Virus record (IMG/VR): IMGVR_UViG_3300020016_000005
Location: 5,587 to 69,586 of that record
Reading direction: 5' to 3' (one strand)
DNA length: 64,000 nucleotides
Source: a virus
Taxonomy: Duplodnaviria; Caudoviricetes
The notes under the pieces are model-generated. The model was given only the letters and a program-made list of their open reading frames with translations, was not told where the DNA came from and made no database searches. Positions 9,863 to 18,042 of this stretch are shown one piece after another. How positions within the stretch are numbered: position 1 is the stretch's first letter; every line of letters starts with the position of its first letter. The position numbers were made by a program, and so were the translations under genes.

Positions 9863-10252
9863 ATGGCCTTCAAACTGACAAAGAACGAGGAAGATCAATT
9901 CGCACGTCTAAAGACCGCTCTCACTGCGAAATATGTCGAACTCACAACGGCTATCAATACCTATAACGAGGAAATGAGTAAACTTTGCAATCCTCTTCAA
10001 GAGACATTTGACGAATACAATAAGTATCTAAACGAACTACGTTCATTCGTCGAAACGGTTGCTGAAGAAAAACGTTCAGATTTTGAAGACAAGTCTGACG
10101 ATTGGAAAGAAGGCGATACTGGGTCGAGTGTCGACGCCTGGCTTAGCGCCTGGGAAAGTGCTGAACTCGAAGAAGTATTTATCGAATTCCCAGCTGAGAT
10201 CGGAATCGAATTTGACAATCATTCGGAGATCGATCTAGCCAACGAGCCATAA
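9863..10252 (+). CDS. acidic hypothetical protein
   Basis: GGAG RBS; about 32 D/E in 129 aa by hand count. Confidence 0.75.
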   Translation: MAFKLTKNEEDQFARLKTALTAKYVELTTAINTYNEEMSKLCNPLQETFDEYNKYLNELRSFVETVAEEKRSDFEDKSDDWKEGDTGSSVDAWLSAWESAELEEVFIEFPAEIGIEFDNHSEIDLANEP

Positions 10253-10258
10253 TTCGGC

Positions 10259-10287
10259 TTGCACCACCACTAAGAAGCTGCTACACT
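10259..10287 (+). promoter_or_regulatory. sigma70-like promoter
   Basis: TTGCAC-N17-TACACT with extended TG, intergenic. Confidence 0.6.
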
Positions 10288-10323
10288 TGTGGTGTCATCG
10301 CATACAACGGGGGCACCACAAGT

Positions 10324-10779
10324 ATGACTCACTGGGTTAGAAATGACGGTGGTCGAGCTGCCTACGGATACACAGGCAAGGCAGGCGATTGCGTCACTCG
10401 TTCGATTGCAATCGTTAGTGGTATACCATACTCTAAAGTCTATAGCGACATGGCGTGGATTAACGCCACAATGCCCAAGACAAAGAGTCGTAGGACAGCG
10501 GGCATTCACAGCGCATTCTATGGTATCTATACCACGAGCGTTTTATTCAAACGCTACATGGAGAGTCTTAACTTCATCTGGACTCCGACTATGTTCATTG
10601 GATCTGGTTGTAGAGTTCATTTGCGGGCAAACGAACTTCCCTCCGGGGGATTGGTAGTGTCCGTCAGCAAGCATCTTACCGCAGTAGTTGACGGAGTCAT
10701 TCACGATACCCACGACTGTTCGCGTGGAGGTAATCGTTGCGTCTATGGCTATTGGAAATTGGAGAGACTGCAATGGTGA
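10324..10779 (+). CDS. conserved phage hypothetical protein, possibly papain-like fold
   Basis: GDCVTRSIAI...KHLTAVVDGVIHDTHDC. Confidence 0.6.
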   Translation: MTHWVRNDGGRAAYGYTGKAGDCVTRSIAIVSGIPYSKVYSDMAWINATMPKTKSRRTAGIHSAFYGIYTTSVLFKRYMESLNFIWTPTMFIGSGCRVHLRANELPSGGLVVSVSKHLTAVVDGVIHDTHDCSRGGNRCVYGYWKLERLQW

Positions 10780-11000
10780 CGGAGACAATTACGATCAAAG
10801 ATAGAAAATTCACTGTAACTTTTGATGACGATAATAAACCCTTACGAATCACTGAACGTAAGAAAGAAGTGATGTTCGGTGTTGAAAAGGTCTATAATCA
10901 TTCTTATTGGCACGCTGGCCATCACAATACAGCAGGAGCGCCTGAACGTATCATCAACGCAGCACTTGAACAAAGAAAGAAGAGAGATGGACAAGATTGA
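10773..11000 (+). CDS. hypothetical protein
   Basis: GGAG RBS; overlaps both neighbours. Confidence 0.55.
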   Translation: MVTETITIKDRKFTVTFDDDNKPLRITERKKEVMFGVEKVYNHSYWHAGHHNTAGAPERIINAALEQRKKRDGQD

Positions 11001-11646
11001 CGTTCTCAACCATGGTTTCGTACGCCTTATAGACAGTATGGGCAGCGACCTTTCTGTGGTTCGCGCCGCTCGCGTATCGTACGACGCTGCATGGCGCGCG
11101 GGTGAGGATCAAAGTGGCGATGAGAAGCTGATCAATTACCTCTGGCGCAACCACCACACGACACCGTTTGAAGCTGTGGTCTTTACCTTCGAGGTGAAGG
11201 CGCCAATCTTTGTATTGCGCCAGTGGCATCGCCATCGGACTTGGAGCTATAACGAACTGTCGGCACGTTACAAGCCACTCCCTGAGGAGTTCTATGTTCC
11301 AAAACCGGAACATATTGGTACGCAATCAAAGGACACTAAGCAGGCACGAGCTGAGGGAGAGCCTGATCCAGTCGCTGCTGCTCACATCAAGGTAACTTGC
11401 GAGCACGCATTTCGTGCTTATCGTATGTTACTCGAAGACGGTGTACCGCGCGAGCTGGCGCGCTCCGTCCTTCCTGTGGCAACCTACAGCCACATGTTCG
11501 CAACAGTCGACCTGTTGAATCTAATGAGATTTCTAACGCTGCGCTGTGATCAACATGCGCAGTATGAAATACGTGTCTACGCTGACGCTATGCGTGAGCT
11601 GGCACGTTCGATTGTGCCAGTCTGTATCAAAGCATGGGAGAAGTAA
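10987..11646 (+). CDS. thyX: FAD-dependent thymidylate synthase
   Basis: RHRTWSYNELSARY (RHRx7SxR), HTTPFE, ARSVLP and HAQYEIR. Confidence 0.95.
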   Translation: MDKIDVLNHGFVRLIDSMGSDLSVVRAARVSYDAAWRAGEDQSGDEKLINYLWRNHHTTPFEAVVFTFEVKAPIFVLRQWHRHRTWSYNELSARYKPLPEEFYVPKPEHIGTQSKDTKQARAEGEPDPVAAAHIKVTCEHAFRAYRMLLEDGVPRELARSVLPVATYSHMFATVDLLNLMRFLTLRCDQHAQYEIRVYADAMRELARSIVPVCIKAWEK

Positions 11647-11647
11647 G

Positions 11648-11869
11648 ATGAGTGTTAAATCGCATATCGTTGTTCACCCCGAGTGTGTTTCATATCCAAT
11701 GATAATGAAGCATGTCACAACAGGAGCGATAATCTTATTCTATCAATCCAATATGGGATGGATTATTGGAAACCATTCCAATATTGGCAAACCCTGGGAG
11801 ATGAGGATATCAGAAAATTATGTTCCGTTCCACGGTGCAGTGACGATAACAAATGACATAGGAAAGTGA
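11648..11869 (+). CDS. hypothetical protein
   Basis: ORF immediately after thyX. Confidence 0.5.
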   Translation: MSVKSHIVVHPECVSYPMIMKHVTTGAIILFYQSNMGWIIGNHSNIGKPWEMRISENYVPFHGAVTITNDIGK

Positions 11870-11870
11870 A

Positions 11871-12161
11871 ATGAGCACAATGGACAATTTTAAGACTGTC
11901 GAGTTGCCTGGAATATGCACGACATGTGGTAAGATATTTGATCTTGCCACTGCTACATCAAAGACACCGCATAGCATACCTAAAGAAGGCGATTATATGC
12001 TTTGCATCGGTTGCGGTGAGTGGAACATATTGACTGCTAACCGTCAGATGCGTAAACCAACCGAGGATGAACTTATTGAAGTTGGATCGCATCCGGCTGC
12101 GAGAGAACTTCGTATAGCATGGACAATGCTTGATGATCTAAAAACACAAGAGGAGAAATGA
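11871..12161 (+). CDS. hypothetical Zn-binding protein
   Basis: CTTC and CIGC motifs. Confidence 0.6.
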   Translation: MSTMDNFKTVELPGICTTCGKIFDLATATSKTPHSIPKEGDYMLCIGCGEWNILTANRQMRKPTEDELIEVGSHPAARELRIAWTMLDDLKTQEEK

Positions 12162-12229
12162 TGTTTCTCCTCTGGCTCATTCTTCTCATTATATTTCTCG
12201 TGATTGCGCGTTGGTTTTTCTTGAGGTAA
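12158..12229 (+). CDS. 23-aa single-TM micropeptide
   Basis: MMFLLWLILLIIFLVIARWFFLR*; AGGAG RBS; ATGA-coupled. Confidence 0.55.
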   Translation: MMFLLWLILLIIFLVIARWFFLR

Positions 12230-12319
12230 AATAGTGCTTGCATTGAAATGAAGAGGTGTGCTTATATAGTGGGGCAGTAGCAATTCCTATCAACACTGCA
12301 CCAACAATGGAGTTACAAA

Positions 12320-13276
12320 ATGCACGAAGTAGAAACAATGGCCTACGCCCACGAAGTTCCGTGGCACACTCTTGGTAATCGCGTCGAGGACAGCGTGACC
12401 TGCGACGAGATGTTAGTCGCCGCTGGCCTCAACTGGACAGTGGAAGAACTTCCGTGCTTCATTAACGTCGACGGCAAGCAAGTTCCTGTGGATCGTAAGG
12501 CACTGGTCCGCAGCACCGATAAGAAGATCCTGACCGTAACTGGTAAAGATTGGAAGCCGTTTCAGAACAAAGATGCGATGAACTTCTTCCGGGAATGGAC
12601 TAACGTCGGAGGCTGTACACTTGAGACAGCCGGTTCGCTCCGCGGTGGAAAAGTTATCTGGGCGTTGGCGCGCGTCTCTGCTGGCTTTATACTTCCTGGA
12701 CGCGACGCTGTGAAGGCTTATATCCTTCTGGTATCGCCACACGAAGTGGGAAAGGCCAGTACCGTTCGAACCACAACGGTTCGCGTCGTGTGCGCCAATA
12801 CATTAGCGATGGCCGGCGGGGTTCAGGGCAAGAACGCAGAGTATCGTCAGAGCCATATCTACAACTTCGATACTTCTGCCGCTAAGGCATCCGTCCAACT
12901 GGTGAAGGAAGAAATTGCCAAGATGGAGCTCGACTCTCTGGCTCTGCAACAGTTGAAGATGAGCCAGTTCGATACGGTCCGCGTTCTGGCAAAATTCTTT
13001 CAGCCTGCGCTGCCGAACAACACTGAGCACAACATCGAGGAACTAATCAACGAACCGGACGCTCGTTCTCCGAAGCTTCAGAAGGTCCTCTGGGCAACGG
13101 AAAAGGCGCCTGGTGCGACTCCGGGCAATGGCTGGGGCGTTCTGAATGGCGTCACATACTGGGCCGATCACATGGCAGGCAACTCCAAGGACTCCCGCTT
13201 GTTCAATAGCTGGTTGGGTGAAGCCGGCAAGATGAAAGACAAGGTCAAGGGAGAGCTGATGGAGATGGTCTCCTAA
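12320..13276 (+). CDS. DUF932 / phage-plasmid-like protein
   Basis: PWHTLG, AGLNWTV, ETAGSLRGGK, TTVRVVCANTL and WGVLNGVTYWADH. Confidence 0.85.
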   Translation: MHEVETMAYAHEVPWHTLGNRVEDSVTCDEMLVAAGLNWTVEELPCFINVDGKQVPVDRKALVRSTDKKILTVTGKDWKPFQNKDAMNFFREWTNVGGCTLETAGSLRGGKVIWALARVSAGFILPGRDAVKAYILLVSPHEVGKASTVRTTTVRVVCANTLAMAGGVQGKNAEYRQSHIYNFDTSAAKASVQLVKEEIAKMELDSLALQQLKMSQFDTVRVLAKFFQPALPNNTEHNIEELINEPDARSPKLQKVLWATEKAPGATPGNGWGVLNGVTYWADHMAGNSKDSRLFNSWLGEAGKMKDKVKGELMEMVS

Positions 13277-13287
13277 CTGATACAACC

Positions 13288-13329
13288 AAAGACAGTGCGG
13301 GGATCACTCTCCGCTCTGTCTTTTTATTT
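13288..13329 (+). terminator. intrinsic terminator
   Basis: AAAGACAG-T-GCGG.../...CCGC-T-CTGTCTTT stem followed by TTTTTATTT. Confidence 0.75.
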
Positions 13330-13418
13330 CACTTAAAATTGAGCTAAAATCGTCCTTGCAATCTGCGGCGTATTGTAATATGTATATTCTATTGTAACAC
13401 AGAGTAAGGAGATCCAAC

Positions 13419-13994
13419 ATGAACGAACAGACCAATCCCGCATGGGCTGCCCCTCCGTCAGCAGACGCACCTCAGACCGCACCCGAAGCTGGTACGCCTG
13501 ACGTGAAGGCCCAGGAAGCCGCTGCGAAGAAGATGGAGAAGGAAGCTGCCAAGGCCGCCAAGGAGGCGCAGAAGAACGCTGCTGCCGAGGCCAAGGAAGC
13601 TGCCAAGGCAGCGAAGCAGGCCGAAAAGAAGGCCAAGGAAGATGCCAAGGCCGCTGCACAGCTCGCCAAGAACGAAGCGAAGGCCGCCAAGCAGGCTCAG
13701 AAGGAGCAGGCCAAGCAGCCCGAGCAGAATGGCATCCGTCGGCCGAAGGCTGAAGGCGAGTGCGGCAAGGCGTGGGCGATGTTCGATCACCTGTCTCAGC
13801 AGAAGGGTGCTCCCGTTGCCGCCGCAGAGATCCGTGCTGCGATGCCGCAGTACGCGCATCTGAACGAGGGCAACGTCAAGGCGGAATACCCGCGGTGGAA
13901 GAAGTTCCATGGCCTGTCGGGCACCATCCCGCCGGCCGCGCCGCTCACCCCGCCTGCGGCTCCGCAGACTGCAACTCCGCCGGCTGCTGCCTGA
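13419..13994 (+). CDS. Ala/Lys-rich protein with a small globular C-terminal domain
   Basis: AAKxAK repeats then RRPKAEGECGKAWAMFD...LNEGNVKAEYPRWKKFHG; TAAGGAG RBS. Confidence 0.8.
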   Translation: MNEQTNPAWAAPPSADAPQTAPEAGTPDVKAQEAAAKKMEKEAAKAAKEAQKNAAAEAKEAAKAAKQAEKKAKEDAKAAAQLAKNEAKAAKQAQKEQAKQPEQNGIRRPKAEGECGKAWAMFDHLSQQKGAPVAAAEIRAAMPQYAHLNEGNVKAEYPRWKKFHGLSGTIPPAAPLTPPAAPQTATPPAAA

Positions 13995-14059
13995 TCTAAC
14001 GTCTCGCCGAAACCTGCCCCGGAGGAATTCGCCTCCGGGGCTACCTCCCGGAGAGAGAC

Positions 14060-14776
14060 ATGAATCTACAAGCAATCGAGAAGTCGGTCGAGCATCCTGA
14101 GGGATTAATCGACGTCCACAGCATCTTCTACACCATCCAGGGCGAGGGACCTTTCAGTGGGTTCCCCGCCGTTTTTATTCGGCTCGCCGGATGCAATCTC
14201 CAGTGCCCAGGATGTGATACCGAATATACCAAGGGACGACGTTTTGCGTATCCCTCAGTTATTGCAAAGTATGTGAACTCGTTGAGCCTACCGAAAGGCC
14301 TCGTAGTTATTACGGGCGGGGAACCGTTCAGGCAAGATCTATCTAGCTTATTTGAACATCTTGTATCATTTGGACATCTCGTTCAGGTTGAGAGTAATGG
14401 AACTCTCCCTCCGAGCGATTACGAGTATTCAATATATACTCGAATCGATCATTTCCATGGAGTTCACATTGTCTGCAGTCCAAAGACTGGACGTATCAAT
14501 CCAATACTTTTAGATAAGGCACTCTGCCTTAAATACGTTCTTGATGCAGACAGTATGAATCCGGAAGACGGCCTTCCGATTCGCGCCCTCGGACATCCTG
14601 CTCATCCGCAGCTTGCGCGACCTCCTGTCGATTGGGATAAGCCAATCTATCTTCAACCAATGGATACAAAGGACCCAGCGCACAACGAGCGGAATATCAA
14701 AGCCGTGACTGAGTCTTGCATGAAGTTCGGCTATAAGCTACAATTACAAATCCACAAGTATCTTGGGGTAGAATAA
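14060..14776 (+). CDS. queE: 7-carboxy-7-deazaguanine synthase (radical SAM)
   Basis: IFYTIQGEG, FIRLAGCNLQCPGCDT (CxxxCxxC), TGGEP and QLQIHKYL. Confidence 0.95.
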   Translation: MNLQAIEKSVEHPEGLIDVHSIFYTIQGEGPFSGFPAVFIRLAGCNLQCPGCDTEYTKGRRFAYPSVIAKYVNSLSLPKGLVVITGGEPFRQDLSSLFEHLVSFGHLVQVESNGTLPPSDYEYSIYTRIDHFHGVHIVCSPKTGRINPILLDKALCLKYVLDADSMNPEDGLPIRALGHPAHPQLARPPVDWDKPIYLQPMDTKDPAHNERNIKAVTESCMKFGYKLQLQIHKYLGVE

Positions 14777-14777
14777 G

Positions 14778-16169
14778 ATGTGCGCAATTATGGGAGCCCT
14801 CATCTGGAATGCAACTGCATATCAACGTCTTGATTCTAATCGTATTCTAAATTTTATTGGAGATGAAAGTTTCGAACGCGGTCGCGATGGATGGGGATAT
14901 TATGTCAGAGATGGTCTTACTGTAGGTCATAAAAATAAATCGATTATAAGATCAACAGGTTGGGAGACAGAACACGAATTCTTTAGTCTAAATATCTTTA
15001 GTCCAACTAAAGCCATGATTGGTAATTTTCGTGCTGAGCCCACGACGGAGTTCGTACGCCACAAACGCGAATATGATCAACAACCTTATTCGCTCAACAA
15101 GTGGAATATTGTTCACAACGGAACCATCGCAAACGATAAAGAATTGCGGACAGATGAGGGTGCCACAACTGGTATCGACAGTGTTGCGATTGTCGAACAA
15201 CTTGCTGCCGCAGGTCATATTTCAGATTCTGTTCACGCAAAACAGATATTCAAAAATACTATTGAAAAGTTAAAAGGTAGCTACGCGATATTAGCAACAC
15301 ATGATGATTTTCCCTATCTGATATTTGCTGCTTGTAACTATAGGCCTATCTGGATTGCCAAACGAGAATATGGAATCTTCTTTGCAAGCTCGAAAGAATA
15401 TTTTCCAAGAGATATGACACCCCAAATGCTTCAACCTTATTCAATCTGGGCATTCGGACCCAACGATACTGAGCGTCTTGATTATGTACGGCTTTATGGT
15501 AAGAAAGCTCTTGTCATTTGTAGCGGTGGAATGGACAGCGTTGTTGCAGCGACAGAAGCTAAAGCTCAAGGTTACGAGATTGAATTAGTTCATTTCCTTT
15601 ATGGTTCACGAGCGGAGACACCAGAAGTAGATGCAGTTCGGGACGTAGCAAACTATCTTAGTGTGCCCTTACATTTCATTCCGATGGGAATCTATCGAAA
15701 AGAAGACTCTCCATTACTTCAATCAGATAGTAAGATCGCAGGCGGAGAAGCAGGAGCCGAGTTTGCACATGAGTGGGTCCCGGCACGTAATCTTGTGATG
15801 CTTGCTCTTGCAACTGCATTTGCCGAAGCTCGAGAAATCAATACAATCGTACTCGGTAACAATCTAGAAGAAGCAGGTGCATACCCTGACAACGAACCTG
15901 AGTTCATTAATCGATTTAATGAAATGCTTCCATTTGCAGTTGGCGATGGAAAACGAGTTCAAGTTATCATGCCAGTAGGCAATCTTATGAAGCATGAGAT
16001 TGTTGCTCTTGGACATAGTATAGGTGCGCCACTGCACCTTACATGGAGTTGCTATCGCGCAGGTCCAAAGCATTGTGGCACCTGTGGTCCTTGCTACATG
16101 AGACGAACTGCATTTGAGATAAATAAAATACCTGAGGTCATTCAGTACGCGAATTCAGAGGAGAAATGA
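14778..16169 (+). CDS. gat-queC: class II glutamine amidotransferase fused to 7-cyano-7-deazaguanine synthase (Gat-QueC)
   Basis: N-terminal MC (Ntn Cys), RGRDGWG and VHNGTI; then SGGMDS, VPARN, YPD and CY..CGTCGPC. Confidence 0.93.
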   Translation: MCAIMGALIWNATAYQRLDSNRILNFIGDESFERGRDGWGYYVRDGLTVGHKNKSIIRSTGWETEHEFFSLNIFSPTKAMIGNFRAEPTTEFVRHKREYDQQPYSLNKWNIVHNGTIANDKELRTDEGATTGIDSVAIVEQLAAAGHISDSVHAKQIFKNTIEKLKGSYAILATHDDFPYLIFAACNYRPIWIAKREYGIFFASSKEYFPRDMTPQMLQPYSIWAFGPNDTERLDYVRLYGKKALVICSGGMDSVVAATEAKAQGYEIELVHFLYGSRAETPEVDAVRDVANYLSVPLHFIPMGIYRKEDSPLLQSDSKIAGGEAGAEFAHEWVPARNLVMLALATAFAEAREINTIVLGNNLEEAGAYPDNEPEFINRFNEMLPFAVGDGKRVQVIMPVGNLMKHEIVALGHSIGAPLHLTWSCYRAGPKHCGTCGPCYMRRTAFEINKIPEVIQYANSEEK

Positions 16170-16619
16170 ATGACCTTTATCTCAACGAAGACCTACGGAC
16201 ATGACATTGGTCTCTCTTCTTGCTTCCGTCAATGGAAGGCGAAGAGTCACTGTCGATTTCTCCACGGTTACGCTCTCTCTGTCCGTATCGAATTTGAAGC
16301 AGACGAACTGGATGATTCTAATTGGGTCGTTGATTTTGGAAGCCTCAAAGGTTTCAGGGGTTGGTTGGAAAAGACGTTCGACCACCGTCTATTGATTGCC
16401 GAGGACGATCCCGATCGATCTGCTTTAGAACTTATGGCAGGTCTAGGACTTGCCCAGATAACGATCGTGCCTGCCACAGGTTGTGAAGCATTCGCGTCTA
16501 TGATCTATGAGTATGGTGTTGTCTGGTTAGTCGACAACGGTTACTATCCGCGTGTACGCATGCGGTCTGTTGAAGTGTGTGAGCATGGTGCCAATTCTGC
16601 AATCTTTATGGAGGAGTAG
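16170..16619 (+). CDS. queD: 6-carboxy-5,6,7,8-tetrahydropterin synthase
   Basis: CRFLHGY, NWVVDFGSLK, FDHRLL and VEVCEH. Confidence 0.9.
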   Translation: MTFISTKTYGHDIGLSSCFRQWKAKSHCRFLHGYALSVRIEFEADELDDSNWVVDFGSLKGFRGWLEKTFDHRLLIAEDDPDRSALELMAGLGLAQITIVPATGCEAFASMIYEYGVVWLVDNGYYPRVRMRSVEVCEHGANSAIFMEE

Positions 16620-16622
16620 AAA

Positions 16623-16808
16623 ATGGAACTGTTAACTAAGTTTTGCTTCGGCGACACAGTAGTCATCGATGAGGGCAGTGTCAAAGGAACCGTAGTTGGT
16701 TTCTGTTTCTATCCGCACGAAAAGCAGGTTCAAGTCAGCTGGTGGAACAATGGGGACCTGGTTGAGAAGTGGGTCGGGGAATGGAGGCTTAAGGCGTGGC
16801 AACCATGA
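16623..16808 (+). CDS. small SH3-like hypothetical protein
   Basis: KFCFGDTVVI..GTVVG..QVSWW; GGAG RBS. Confidence 0.55.
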   Translation: MELLTKFCFGDTVVIDEGSVKGTVVGFCFYPHEKQVQVSWWNNGDLVEKWVGEWRLKAWQP

Positions 16809-17203
16809 AACTTTATCTCGCCGGTGCAATACAGAACGCATCTGATCCAATTACGTGGCGACGCAATCTTACAACAAAAATGCCCGAAGGTTGGGAGGTA
16901 ATTGACCCAACCGAGATCAACTTGTTTGTCGGTACGGAAGACAATATAGAAGCTGCACGTCGAATCGTTACAAACGATCTTAATGCTATCAGAAAATGCG
17001 ATGCGCTTCTCGCTTTAGTCAATATAGCTTCATGGGGCACAGGAATGGAGATATTCTTTGCCTATCAATTAAAGGTCCCAATTATTATCTGGAGCCCGGG
17101 TGGAAAGCCTGTCGGACCTTGGCTTCAGTTTCACTCGACTGTCGTTTTATCGGAGTTTGCAGATATCAAAGTATTCTTGCGAAATCTGCTTGCAAACGCA
17201 TAG
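16805..17203 (+). CDS. nucleoside 2-deoxyribosyltransferase / N-glycosidase-like protein
   Basis: KLYLAGAI, WR, DP, DLNAIRKCDALL and SWGTGMEIFFA..KVPII motifs. Confidence 0.8.
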   Translation: MKLYLAGAIQNASDPITWRRNLTTKMPEGWEVIDPTEINLFVGTEDNIEAARRIVTNDLNAIRKCDALLALVNIASWGTGMEIFFAYQLKVPIIIWSPGGKPVGPWLQFHSTVVLSEFADIKVFLRNLLANA

Positions 17204-17237
17204 AATCCAGTTTATAGTTACCACAACGGAGCGGGGC

Positions 17238-17792
17238 ATGACCGAAACTCTACGCACTGCGTTCAGAGCTGTTCTTAGAAATATCCCAGGTGAAGATGCA
17301 AATAGAGAAGGTCTAATAGAAACACCGGATCGTGTAACTCGCGCCTGGGAGTTCTGGACTTCCGGTTATGGTATCGATCCCATCGATGTACTTAAGACCT
17401 TTATCGATGGCGCTGAAGGGGTAGATGAGATGGTCGTTGTCAAAGACCTGCCTTTCTATTCCCATTGTGAGCATCACCTTGCTCCGTTCTTCGGCACTGC
17501 AACTATCGGGTATCTGCCTCACCAACGCATCGTCGGGCTGAGCAAGCTCGGGCGGTTGCTACAGATCTTCTCGCGTCGCCTACAAGTACAGGAACGTCTT
17601 ACGTGCCAGATTGCCGACGCCATTAGCGCAGCACTGAACCCTCTGGGTTGTGGCGTTATAGTGCGGGCCCGCCATCTGTGCATGGAGTCGCGCGGTATCT
17701 GTCAACAGGGGCACTACACTGTCACCAGTGCTCTACGTGGTGTGTTCAAGACAGAAGACTCTGCTCGTTCGGAATTCTTAGGGATGAAGTAA
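17238..17792 (+). CDS. folE: GTP cyclohydrolase I
   Basis: CEHHLAPFFG, GLSKLGR, RLQVQERLT and HLCMESRG. Confidence 0.96.
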   Translation: MTETLRTAFRAVLRNIPGEDANREGLIETPDRVTRAWEFWTSGYGIDPIDVLKTFIDGAEGVDEMVVVKDLPFYSHCEHHLAPFFGTATIGYLPHQRIVGLSKLGRLLQIFSRRLQVQERLTCQIADAISAALNPLGCGVIVRARHLCMESRGICQQGHYTVTSALRGVFKTEDSARSEFLGMK

Positions 17793-17793
17793 C

Positions 17794-18042
17794 ATGACCC
17801 CTATTCCGTTGGAAAATCCAGATCGTCGTATTGGTGCTCCAAAAGATTGGGATCATGCTGAGGGATTATGCCACACTATCGAAGTTTGGGATCGTGATGG
17901 GTATATGATCTCTGCGTGGCAGCCAACGCCTGCTGAAATCAAACTCATCAATGAGGGCTGTCCTATTCTTTTACACATCTCAGGACGCCTCCACCCTGTG
18001 GTTGCGCTATCTGTAAGTAAGGAACCCCCGAAGCAGATCTGA
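17794..18042 (+). CDS. hypothetical protein within the dpd cluster
   Basis: GAPKDWD..C..ISAWQPT..HPVV; coupled to both neighbours. Confidence 0.65.
   Translation: MTPIPLENPDRRIGAPKDWDHAEGLCHTIEVWDRDGYMISAWQPTPAEIKLINEGCPILLHISGRLHPVVALSVSKEPPKQI

Noticed and set aside
13333-14100. Multiple overlapping ORFs over the Ala/Lys gene
   Set aside because: Frame artefacts of GC-rich repetitive codons
14060-17792. que genes for tRNA queuosine or folate synthesis
   Set aside because: No queF, queA or tgt and no tRNAs; dpdA plus gat-queC points to DNA modification
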